From assembly GCA_963758295.1 (NCBI GenBank), contig CAVWUU010000004.1:1-64000 (forward strand): a DNA stretch of 64,000 bases. Reading direction: 5' to 3'. This DNA comes from Candidatus Eremiobacteria bacterium (lineage in GTDB: Bacteria > Vulcanimicrobiota > Vulcanimicrobiia > Vulcanimicrobiales > Vulcanimicrobiaceae). Made by a program: the position numbers and the translations under genes. Shown piece after piece: positions 17,960 to 27,391 of the stretch (position 1 is its first letter; the number at the start of each line of letters is the position of its first letter). Under the pieces are notes generated by a model. The model did no database searches. It saw only the letters and a program-made list of their open reading frames with translations, and was not told the origin of the DNA.

Positions 17960-18433
17960 ATGAGTACAGTAATGGAGCAGACGATGGACACCGCGTTAAC
18001 TACCACCACGATGGAGTTTCCGCGATTTGGGGAGTGCACGTTCGGTGAAGCCGACATGATCGAATTGCCCTGGGGTTTGCCCGGTTTTCCTAGTCTGCGC
18101 CGTTGGCTCGCGCTCAACGTGGAGTCGCAAAGCAGCTTCGTCTGGCTCCAAAGCCTCGACGATGTCAGTGTTTCCCTGCCGACCGCCGACCCGTACATGA
18201 TCTTCGAGGACTACGACCCCAAGCTACCGTCGTACGCCGCGGCCGCGCTCGACATCACGAGCCCATCGGAATTCACGCTGCTTTGTGTCGTCGTGGTCAC
18301 GGAAAACGCCGAGGAGATGACCATGAACCTCTTCGCGCCGATCGTCGTGAATCTACGCACGCGTAAGGGCCGCCAAATCGTGCTCGAAAATTCCGGTTTC
18401 TCGGTGCGCCAGGCGATTCCGCGAAAAGCGTAA
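17960..18433 (+). CDS. fliW: flagellar assembly factor FliW
   Basis: PRFG, GLPGF, FVWLQSLD, DPY, TMNLFAPIVVN..GRQIVL. Confidence 0.93.
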   Translation: MSTVMEQTMDTALTTTTMEFPRFGECTFGEADMIELPWGLPGFPSLRRWLALNVESQSSFVWLQSLDDVSVSLPTADPYMIFEDYDPKLPSYAAAALDITSPSEFTLLCVVVVTENAEEMTMNLFAPIVVNLRTRKGRQIVLENSGFSVRQAIPRKA

Positions 18434-18513
18434 GACCCAGAACAAGGGGGGTCTTTCCGGACCCGCCAAGAACGCCTTCCATAGCGTTTTTCCCGCCATG
18501 GAGGGCATGTCCA

Positions 18514-18826
18514 ATGCTCGTGTCTGAGCCGCAAAATCAATCAGTCGATCATGATCGGCGACAACGTCCGTATCGTCGTCGTCGCCGTGGATCGCGATCA
18601 AGTCAAACTCGGCATCGAAGCTCCGCGAGAAGTTCCGGTCCACCGATCGGAAATCTATGAAGAGATCCAGCGCAGCAACCGCAGCGCTGCGGAGGCGCCT
18701 AACGTCGCCGCCGGCGGCGCCGAGGCCACGCCCGCAGCGCTCGGCGGCGCTACCCGCGCCCGCCTGCAGCCTCGCAAAAAAACCTCCCAAGAACCTAAAG
18801 TCGCTGTTCGCGGCTTCCGATACTAA
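18514..18826 (+). CDS. csrA: carbon storage regulator CsrA (one extra base near 18523)
   Basis: MLV/LSRKINQSIMIGDNVRIVVV..QVKLGIEAPREVPVHRSEIY after removing one base; C-terminal extension. Confidence 0.92.
18796..18823 (+). promoter_or_regulatory. sigma-28-type promoter of flagellin (TAAAG-N15-TCCGATAC)
   Basis: Matches the SigD/FliA consensus; lies within the 3' end of csrA. Confidence 0.8.
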
Positions 18827-18830
18827 TGAG

Positions 18831-18905
18831 GATGGGGAAAGGACGATCCCCATCTAGACTAGTCTCTACAAAAAAGCGCGCGTGATCAACGCGCATCATG
18901 GAGGA
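18831..18905 (+). promoter_or_regulatory. flagellin leader with two CsrA-type sites
   Basis: Hairpin GATGGGGA-AAGGACGA-TCCCCATC (AAGGA in the loop) and ATGGAGGA overlapping the SD. Confidence 0.7.
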
Positions 18906-18911
18906 ACATAC

Positions 18912-20197
18912 ATGTCAGGGTCTCAGCATCGCCAACAATCTGTTGGCGAACAACGTTCAGCTCAACCTGAACAAGAACCAGGAATCGCTCAAGAACATCG
19001 GTTACCCAACTGTCGTCGGGTCTGCGCATCAACAGCGCTTCAGATGATCCGTCGGGTCTTGCCATTGCGACCAACCTGCAAACGCAGGTCGACGGTTTCA
19101 ACCAGGCCGTGCAAAACGTTCAGAACGCGAACAACGCGGCGCAAGTCGCCCTCGGCGCGCTCTCGACGACCACCGACATCCTGCAGCGCATCCGCAGCCT
19201 CGCGGTCGAAGCGGCGTCGGACATCAACAGCAACAGCGACCGTGCAGAACCTGCAGTCGGAAGTTTCGCAGCTCTTGCTCGAAGTCAACCGCATCTCGCA
19301 GAACACGAACTTCAACGGTCAATCGCTGCTCGACGGCAGCCATGCCGGCTTCCAAGCGCGCGCGAACGCGTTCCTCGCCGTTATCGCGAACACGGCGCTC
19401 TCGACCAACGGCGGCATCGCCACGGCGAACGGCGTCAACTACGGCTTCCTCGCGGCAACCGTGACGGCGAACAGCGCGAACTTCCAGACGACGGTCGGCG
19501 GCAACGGCCGGTCATCGGCGGCACCGGTACGCGACGGTGACGGCACGATCGAACTGCAGGTGATCAACACCGGCGTTTCGATCGCAGTTCAAGAAACGTT
19601 CTTCGACAGCGCCACCGGTAAGGTCTCGCGTTTCGAGCACGCTCTACTCGGCGCGAAGCGCCGGTCTACGGCAGACGTTCGATAACGTAACGTTCAGCTC
19701 GGCGCGATCACCACGGCCGATGTCGGAACGACGGCGTACATCAAGGTCAGCCAGAACGTCGCTGCTCTGACGAACCCGAACAACCCGGCGTTCAACTTCC
19801 AGTCGGGCGCGAACGAAGGCGACGTCATCCAGGTCGGCATCCAGGCGACGAACACGCAGACCCTGCGTATCTCGAACGTCAACGTTGCGATCTCGTCGGC
19901 GAACAACCCGTCGATCGGCGCGGAAGATGCCATCGGTCAGATCGACAACGCCCTCGAAACGTTGCTCGTCGCAGCAAGCGCAGCTCGGTTCGGTTGTGGT
20001 CCGCTTGAACGAAGACGCGAACAACGACAACGTTGCGGCGGTCAACCTGCAGTCGTCGGAATCTTCGATCCGCGACCTCAACGTCGGCGCAAGCGACGAC
20101 CGAGTTCACGAAACTCCAGATCCTGGTCCAAGTCGGCACCTCGGTTCTGGCGCAGTCGAACTCGAACGCGCAAACGGTGCTCGGGCTCTTCCGTTAA
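18912..20197 (+). CDS. fliC: flagellin (multiple apparent indels, probably sequencing errors)
   Basis: Reconstructed across frames: ..LSSGLRINSASDDPSGLAIA..ILQRIRSLAVEAA..RISQNTNFNGQSLLDGS..FQSGANEG..SSIRDLNV..QVGTSVLAQSNSNAQTVLGLFR*. Confidence 0.93.
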
Positions 20198-20231
20198 TCG
20201 GAAGCCTACTAGCAAGCGAGCAATCGCAAAC

Positions 20232-20268
20232 AAGAGAGCCCGCTCCGGCGGGCTCTCTTTGCTTTTTC
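20232..20268 (+). terminator. intrinsic terminator after flagellin
   Basis: AAGAGAGCCCGC-TCCG-GCGGGCTCTCTT followed by TGCTTTTT. Confidence 0.88.
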
Positions 20269-20296
20269 TAACGGTAGCTCTGCCGGGTGCCGAAAA
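20269..20296 (+). promoter_or_regulatory. sigma-28-type promoter of the glycosyltransferase operon (TAACG-N15-GCCGAAAA)
   Basis: Directly after the terminator; ATG 20305 lies 8 nt after the -10; no SD. Confidence 0.6.
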
Positions 20297-20304
20297 CAGG
20301 TACG

Positions 20305-22359
20305 ATGCCTATTCGAGTCTCGTCGCAGCGCACGCCGCCTCCGGCGCAAAGGCCCTTCGATCTCCCCGCTCCTCCCGCCGGTTACCTTCAAAAGCCGGCC
20401 GGCTTGAGTTTGTGCATGATCGTCAAGAACGAAGAGCGGTTTTTGGAGCAGTGCCTTCGCAGCGTCGCGGATGTCGTCGACGAGATCTGTATCGTCGATA
20501 CCGGCTCGACGGATCGTACGATCGAGATTGCGAAATCGTTCGGCGCGAAAGTGGTCGAGCGCGAATGGCGTAACGATTTCGCGTGGGCGCGAAACGAAGC
20601 GCTTTCCATGGCGACTCGTCGATGGACGATTATGCTTGATGCGGACGAAGAACTTACGGTTGAATCGAAGTCCGCTTTACAGGTCTTAAAAGCCGCCCCC
20701 GCATTCCATACCGGCGTATGGGTTCGCTGTTACAACGAGTCGGACGATTACCGGGGAACGGGCGCCATGTCTCACGCGCTCGTGCGAATTTTTCCAACCT
20801 CGGAACGCATTGGCTTCCGTGGAATGATTCACGAGTTCGTTTCTCTCGATAACGGCACGGAAGGTCTAGGCGCGGTAATCGCTCCGATCTCCATCGTTCA
20901 TCACGGCTATTTGAAAGAGGTCGTCGAGTCTCGCGATAAGGCGAAGCGCAACTACGAGATCGTGCGTGCTGCCGCGGATGCCGACCCTTCCGATCCGTTC
21001 GCGTGGTTCAACGTTGGTTCGACCGCCTTCATGATGCGCGATTTCGAACAAGCGCGCGATGCGTTTGAGAAGATGCGTTCCCTCAACGGCAAAGCGCCGC
21101 GCGGTTTCATTTCGAATGGCTACGCGATTCTAGCGGAAGTGTACAGCGATAAGCTCGGCGATGCGGTTAAAGGAGAAGAGATAGCGCGAGGGGCGCTGGA
21201 GTTCTCTCCCCATTACGCCAACGCGCACTTTCAGTTAGGCAAGACGCTCGTCGCACAACAGCGTTACGATGAAGCCCGGGCTGCCTTTCTCGCCGCCATC
21301 GACGACGGGAAGTATTCGGCGCAGCAGTTCGTCGTCGACGATCAAGTCTCGATTTGGAAGGCGCATTCGGAAATCGGCGCAAGCTACGTGGCGCAGCAAG
21401 ATGACGCTTCCGCCATCGAATGGTTCCGTAAGGGCCTCGAAAACGCGCCGAAAGTCCAACCGCTGCGCTTAAACCTTGCGCGTGCTTTGGAGCGCACCGG
21501 CAAGACCGGCGAAGCGCTCGAGCTGTTCCGCGGCGTCTTTGAAGATTTTGGCGATGCGGCGGGTGCCGTCGATTACGTAAACTTTTTGCTGCGGCAGAAT
21601 CGCGGATCCGATGCAATCGACGTCATCGAAGCGGTGCACGCGACGCTCGACGACGAGACCGCCGTGCCGCTGCTTTACGCAGCCGCGCAAATTGCAGTGT
21701 CGCTCCAACGCGATGCACTGCGTTATCTGGAACTCGGCGCGGAACGGGATCCCGCAAACGCGGAGATTTTGAATTGGCTGGAGCCGTTGTATCGGGAGGG
21801 CGGCAATGAGGCGGCGCTCGCGCTGGTGCTCGAACGCGAAGCGGAAATCGAGCCCTCCACTGCTGCGCAATACCTTCGCCGCTCCTACCATGCGAACGTC
21901 GCTCGAGATTTCCAGTCCGGACTTGCATTTGCCGAACGTGGTTGCGAGGTCGATTCCGGCAACGAACATTTGCGATACAACGCCGCCGTTTCTGCCGCGG
22001 CGATCGGCGAACGGGAACGCGCCCTGGAGCACTTGCGCTTCGTGCAAACGGCTGGGACGCCCGTCTTTATTCCCGCTGAGATGCTTCGCGCCAACGTCCT
22101 ACAGAGTCTCGATCGCTATGATGAAGCCGTTGCGGCGGTCGAACGGATTCTTGCCAATGACGTCGCTAATGCCGAGGGCCTGCTTCTGCGCGCCGGCCTC
22201 TACGAAAAACTCGGCGATCTTCAAGGTGCGGAGACTTCCCTGCGTCGTTTGATGGAGACGGATCGGGGAACGGGCGCCGTTCACTTTGCGGGATTCTTGC
22301 TGCGCCACGGCCGTTTCGAAGATGCGGCGCGCGTGGCGGATGCCGCGCTCGGTAAGTAA
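20305..22359 (+). CDS. GT2 glycosyltransferase with TPR repeats (probable flagellin O-glycosyltransferase)
   Basis: LSLCMIVKNEE, IVDTGSTD, WRNDFAWARN, LDADE, IHE, HHGY, then TPR helices; directly downstream of flagellin. Confidence 0.88.
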   Translation: MPIRVSSQRTPPPAQRPFDLPAPPAGYLQKPAGLSLCMIVKNEERFLEQCLRSVADVVDEICIVDTGSTDRTIEIAKSFGAKVVEREWRNDFAWARNEALSMATRRWTIMLDADEELTVESKSALQVLKAAPAFHTGVWVRCYNESDDYRGTGAMSHALVRIFPTSERIGFRGMIHEFVSLDNGTEGLGAVIAPISIVHHGYLKEVVESRDKAKRNYEIVRAAADADPSDPFAWFNVGSTAFMMRDFEQARDAFEKMRSLNGKAPRGFISNGYAILAEVYSDKLGDAVKGEEIARGALEFSPHYANAHFQLGKTLVAQQRYDEARAAFLAAIDDGKYSAQQFVVDDQVSIWKAHSEIGASYVAQQDDASAIEWFRKGLENAPKVQPLRLNLARALERTGKTGEALELFRGVFEDFGDAAGAVDYVNFLLRQNRGSDAIDVIEAVHATLDDETAVPLLYAAAQIAVSLQRDALRYLELGAERDPANAEILNWLEPLYREGGNEAALALVLEREAEIEPSTAAQYLRRSYHANVARDFQSGLAFAERGCEVDSGNEHLRYNAAVSAAAIGERERALEHLRFVQTAGTPVFIPAEMLRANVLQSLDRYDEAVAAVERILANDVANAEGLLLRAGLYEKLGDLQGAETSLRRLMETDRGTGAVHFAGFLLRHGRFEDAARVADAALGK

Positions 22360-22368
22360 GAAACCGTC

Positions 22369-24992
22369 ATGGATTACTCCATTATCATCCCGGTCTTCAA
22401 CAAGGCCGATTTAACGAAGCGTTGCCTGGACACGTTGCCTGCGACGATTTCCGATGCCGGCACGGGCGAAGTAATCGTGGTCGATAATGCGTCCTCGGAT
22501 CATACGGCGCGTGTGCTGGCGGCGTATCCGTGGATCAAGGTGATTCGCAACGAGAAGAACCTCGGATTCGCCGGCGCAAACAATCAAGCTGCGCGTGTCG
22601 CTCGCGGCCGGTTTCTGGTTCTGTTGAACAACGACACAGAGCCGTGGCCGGGCTGGCTTGCATCGATGCTGCGAATTGTTCGTGAAGGGAACGTCGGCGC
22701 GGTGGGCGCGCGTTTGCTCTATCCGGACAAGACCTGCCAGCACGGTGGCGTCGTCGTAATGGGGAATCCATTCGGACGCCAAGACGCGCAACCGTTCCAT
22801 CATAATTTGCAGGTTCCGTTCAGCGACGAAGATGTGCGGCGAACCCGCGACCTTCAAATTGTTACCGGCGCCTGCCTCGTTACGCCGCGAGCGCTCTACG
22901 AAGAGCTAGGCGGCCTGGACGAGGGGTATTGGAACGGCTTCGAAGACGTTGACTACTGCCTGAAAGTTGGTGCGAAGGGCCTTCGCGTCGTTTACGACGG
23001 TGATGCGGTGCTGTATCACTTCGAATCGCAATCGGGCATTCAGCGTTTCCGCAAGTCGGCTTGGAATACGGAGCTCCTGGAACGCCGGTGGCGTGGAACG
23101 TTTCGCATGGACGCGTTGGCAATGAATTTACAGCGCCAATTAATCCGTTTTCCAATGCGCAGTTCACGCATGGGACTCAACTCCCTTATCATGGCGACGC
23201 CTAAGACGAACGTCGTCGTGCATGGAAGCGAGCCGGCTGAGGGACGCGCTCGGTTCGAGAAGAGCTTGCGTCGCAACTTTGCGCCGGTCGATCGAGTGAT
23301 GTGGGCAACCGGTGACGATGCGCTGGAAGTGGCGCGTGAAGCCATGCGGCTTCGCGGGTTGAGATACATTGCGTTCGTGCACGGCAAGGCGGCTGTAGAA
23401 GAAGGCTGGCTGGACGAACTTCTCCGCCAGGTAACGGCAACCCCGACCGCTATTGCCGCGACGTACGCTCCAGAACTCCCGCTGGGTGAAAACATCGCGA
23501 CTCTCGCGGGCGACGGCCGTTGCACGCTGGTCGGCCTCTTCACCATTCCTCAGCACATGACACTGAACCGTTCGATACAATTCAGGGTTCCGTCGCAGAT
23601 TTGCTCTTGCGAATGATTCCGCATGGCTTCGGCACCCGTGGCGTGGGCAAAGCGGTAGCAACCGTACCGCCCCCGTCGGACGATGCAGCCTTTATGGCAA
23701 AACACGAGATCGCGCTGCGGCACGTCGTCGATCCGGACCCCAACGCCGTTGAGGGAGTGTTAAAGCGCCGCCCACGCCGCGAGCGCGGCTTCGTGTCGAT
23801 CGTGACGCTCAGTTGGAATGCGCCGCAGTTCACGAAGATGGCGCTCGAATCGATCGCGCGTTACACGAGCGAACCCTACGAGGTTATCGTCGTGGATAAC
23901 GGCTCCGGACCGGAAACACTCGAGATGCTGCGCGCTATCGACGATCCGCACGTTCGCGTGATTTACAACGAAACGAACCGCGGATTTGGCGGCGGTAATA
24001 ACGACGGCATCGCAGCGGCCAACGGCGATTATATCGTCGTGCTCAACAACGACGTGATCGTTACCGAGCATTGGCTCGACGCATTGCTCGATCCGTTCGA
24101 TCGCATGCCCGGAGTGGGCGTTACCGCGCCCCGAAGCAACAAGATCGTGGGCGATCAAGAAGTCATCGACGCGTCGTATAACGATCTGGAAGGGATGCAT
24201 GCGTATGCACGCGAGCGCGCCCGCCGTTTCGCGAAGCGTGGTTTCCTGACCGATCGCGCCATCGGGTTTTGCCTTTGCCTGGATCGCCGCGTGATCGAAC
24301 AGATCGGCGGGTTCGACGAACGGTTCGGGATGGGGAACTTCGAAGACGACGATCTGTGCATTCGTATCCGGGCCGCCGGTTACGAAATCTACGTCGCGGA
24401 CGATTGTTTCATCCATCACTTTGGAAGCCAGTCTTTCGTCGCGAACAAAGTCGACTACGCGGCGACGATGCAGACGAACTGGACAAAATTTTCCCAGAAG
24501 TGGGGATATCCGGCGACTTATCCGACCAACGGTTACGACCCGCGCAAGGCGATCGTGGGTGGGTTCGATCGAGAGAAGCACTACTTTGCGCTGCCTTCCA
24601 ACGCGCCGGCTTCTGCGTCCGACGTTCCCGAAAACGTGGCACCCGCGCCGGACGTGCTTTTCGCGGCCGGAGTGGACAACGAAAAAACTTGGGCCGAGAC
24701 GGCGGAGTTCGTGAAACGCTATCTCCAGGCATTCGAGGGCCGCAGCGACGTGGTGCTTCACATCGCAACAACCGGCGAGCCGGTTGCGGAGGTCATTGCG
24801 CGCCGCATTTTCCGCATGCTCGAGAAGCTCGAGATGGCGCCGGAGTGCAGTCCTGATGTCGAGATCAGCGACGAGCAAGACCTGCACGCATGGCGCTCCG
24901 CGCTCGAAGCGCGGGCGCTTTTCGACGTAGCCGGCATCGACGATCGCAGCCCGAGTTCTCTCCGGCGCTTGGTGGAAGGAGCGCACGCGTGA
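22369..24992 (+). CDS. two-domain GT2 glycosyltransferase (apparent frameshift near 23570)
   Basis: Domain 1 VVDNASSD/LLNND/GFEDVDYCL (ORF 22369-23616); domain 2 VVDNGS/VLNND/NFEDDDLC (ORF 23520-24992). Confidence 0.8.
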
Positions 24993-26956
24993 GAACGCAC
25001 GACCGCTTTGCTTATCTCGTTCCCAAATATACTTCCGCCCGGGTTCGCGAGCTCGTGCGCGCGGAGCATCTCGTGGCCGCGCGCTTCGAACCGGTCTATT
25101 CCATCCGTTACGAAGCCTACATGGATCTGCTCTTCGAAAAAGACGGCACGTGGCTTATCGTTTCGATGTTGCGAGTGGACGGCGTAGCGCTCATGGTCCC
25201 CGAGAACCCTCCGGTCACGTGGCCGCTGGCATACGAACCGTTCGCCGGACCGTGTACCGAAGCGATCGAGGAACGCCTTACGCCGTTCTTGCGCGCCGGA
25301 GCGACGGCGCGGCTTGTCAACGACGAAGCGGTTCGATTTTTTCGCGACGAGCCGCAGCTGCGCGAAACGTTCGAAGCGGCGCGGTCGGCGTCAATGCTCG
25401 GTGCGGCGCCGTATCCTGAGGTCCTGAAGCACCTTGCTCCAGCGGTCTATGGGCTGCGGTTCGCTGACGGTCGCCGCGCCGCGTTGCGCGGGCCGGATGC
25501 CGGAAACTTTGCGGCGATTCTTTCGAACCGCAGCGATGCGCTTGACGTCGATACGCTCGATCCGGCGCGCGATGCGCTTACGCGCAGATGGTTCGGCGGC
25601 TTAACGCTCGGCACGATCGCGCACGATACGCCGTATGGCGTTTACGCCGGCGAACGACGCGGTGCCGTACCGGCGGAACATGCTATTTATACCGGCGAGT
25701 CGCTTGACGGTGAGCGAGCGGTACAGCTTGCGGAGCCGATTCCGACTGATGTGGTGGTTTCGTTCGACACGCAGGACGCTCCGGCCGCATTGACGTTTTC
25801 CGTGGCATCGTCAAAAGTCGCGCCACGTCCATCCGTGTTGTGCGAACCGGCTGCCGGCGGCGGTTCCGGCGGACGGATCCGGCTGGTCGTTCGTGACGAG
25901 GCGATGCGCTTTCAAGATGCCGACGTCGATGCGGCGCGTGCCCTGGAAGGCCGTTTACGAGCCGAAGGATTCGACGCGCAAATTTCGATCGCGTCGCGTG
26001 TCGACGTTTCGCAGACCGACCTTATTCATGTCTTCGATCTTCGTCACGGCATTTCGATGGTCGAAATGTTGCGAGATGCCGAGGCGGCGCGCGTTCCCGT
26101 CGTCGTGACGCCTTATGCGGACGACCGGAAGAGTGAAGCGAGTTCGGGCTGTTCGGGCTCCGTGATAATTCCTCGTTGCAGCAACGACACGATCGTTTTC
26201 GATGAATACATGAGCGCGTTCGCGCGGCGAAAGATTTCGAACCTCAACCAGGCGTCTTGGTACGACGAAGTTTCCAGCGTGTTGCTGGCGCGCGCGTCGA
26301 GTGCCGTGGTGGCGTCTGCGGCGGAAGGTGATTTCTTGAAGACGCGCTTCGGCTACGGCGGCACGACCGTGCCCGTGGCAGCCATCGTGCCGGTTCCGGC
26401 GCCCGCTGACGATATCGCCGGGCTTGTGGGTCCGGATGAATTCGTGCTGATTCACGGGCCTATCGAACCGCGCATGAACCAGGTTTCCGCAGTCGTCGCT
26501 GCGCGCCGCGAGGGACTTCCGCTCCTCGTGCTCGGTCCTGTAGCCGACGTGGAATTTTATCGCTACCTCAACGAGGTCGCCGGACCGTCGGTCGTACTCC
26601 TGCGGGACGAAGAACTCACGGAAGAAGAAGTCGCCGGCATTTACGGACGTGCACGCATCGTTGCCGACGTGTCGTGGTCGGCGCGTGGGCTGCACCGCTT
26701 GGCTCGAGGCGCTGCATGCGGAGCCGCCGTTGTGGCGCCGGCCGCCGGCTATGCCTACGACGTATGGGGCGAAATGGCGTCCCTCGTCGATCCGGCCGAT
26801 CTCGAATCCATCCGGCGGGGTCTTCGCCGCGCGTGGGACCAGCAGCCCCGATTCGGGGGCACGCTCGCAGCCCGCACGATCGAACGATGCGACCCGTTCG
26901 GAACCCTGGTCGCCGTCGTTTCGGCCTACCAGCAAGCCAGCGCCGTGCCCGCCTAA
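24989..26956 (+). CDS. putative glycosyltransferase (divergent GT4-like C-terminal half)
   Basis: HGPIEPRMNQ..LPLLVLG..IYGRARIV..ACGAAVV..VDPADLESIRRGL resembles a GT-B fold; GTG overlaps the upstream stop. Confidence 0.6.
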   Translation: MRTHDRFAYLVPKYTSARVRELVRAEHLVAARFEPVYSIRYEAYMDLLFEKDGTWLIVSMLRVDGVALMVPENPPVTWPLAYEPFAGPCTEAIEERLTPFLRAGATARLVNDEAVRFFRDEPQLRETFEAARSASMLGAAPYPEVLKHLAPAVYGLRFADGRRAALRGPDAGNFAAILSNRSDALDVDTLDPARDALTRRWFGGLTLGTIAHDTPYGVYAGERRGAVPAEHAIYTGESLDGERAVQLAEPIPTDVVVSFDTQDAPAALTFSVASSKVAPRPSVLCEPAAGGGSGGRIRLVVRDEAMRFQDADVDAARALEGRLRAEGFDAQISIASRVDVSQTDLIHVFDLRHGISMVEMLRDAEAARVPVVVTPYADDRKSEASSGCSGSVIIPRCSNDTIVFDEYMSAFARRKISNLNQASWYDEVSSVLLARASSAVVASAAEGDFLKTRFGYGGTTVPVAAIVPVPAPADDIAGLVGPDEFVLIHGPIEPRMNQVSAVVAARREGLPLLVLGPVADVEFYRYLNEVAGPSVVLLRDEELTEEEVAGIYGRARIVADVSWSARGLHRLARGAACGAAVVAPAAGYAYDVWGEMASLVDPADLESIRRGLRRAWDQQPRFGGTLAARTIERCDPFGTLVAVVSAYQQASAVPA

Positions 26957-26981
26957 ATTGGCACGGCCACCGTGCCGATTT
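26954..26981 (+). promoter_or_regulatory. sigma-28-type promoter of flaG-fliD-fliS (TAAAT-N15-GCCGATTT)
   Basis: Consensus match at the expected position for the cap operon. Confidence 0.72.
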
Positions 26982-27016
26982 TAAGAAGTAGACGGATTTG
27001 AAGGAGATCGAGCCAC

Positions 27017-27379
27017 ATGGAAGTTCAACCGGCTCCCGCCCCAGGAAGCGATATCGTGGTGAGCGGTGGTACCGGACCGGAGATCGCTGCTGCGGCGCCC
27101 GCCGCGACAGCGCCTGTTTCTGCAGAAGCTCCTGCTTCGGGGCAGCAGCACGACGGTACGCTAACGCCCGCCATTGCCAAACTTTTCGCACCGACCGGCA
27201 TCGTCGACGCGGGAGACTTAAACGTTTCCTATCGGGTGCTAAGCGACCATGAAATCGTGACGGTGTTCACCGATCCTAAGACCGGCAAAGAAGTCACGCA
27301 GGTTCCCTCGGAAGCCATGATCGGACTCGCGGAGTTTTTCGATCAGCACCAGGGCGTCACGTTCGACAAGAGCGCGTAG
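27017..27379 (+). CDS. flaG: flagellar protein FlaG
   Basis: VFTDPKTGKEVTQVPSEAMI..GVTFDKSA; upstream of fliD. Confidence 0.85.
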   Translation: MEVQPAPAPGSDIVVSGGTGPEIAAAAPAATAPVSAEAPASGQQHDGTLTPAIAKLFAPTGIVDAGDLNVSYRVLSDHEIVTVFTDPKTGKEVTQVPSEAMIGLAEFFDQHQGVTFDKSA

Positions 27380-27391
27380 GGTAGGAGTAGA

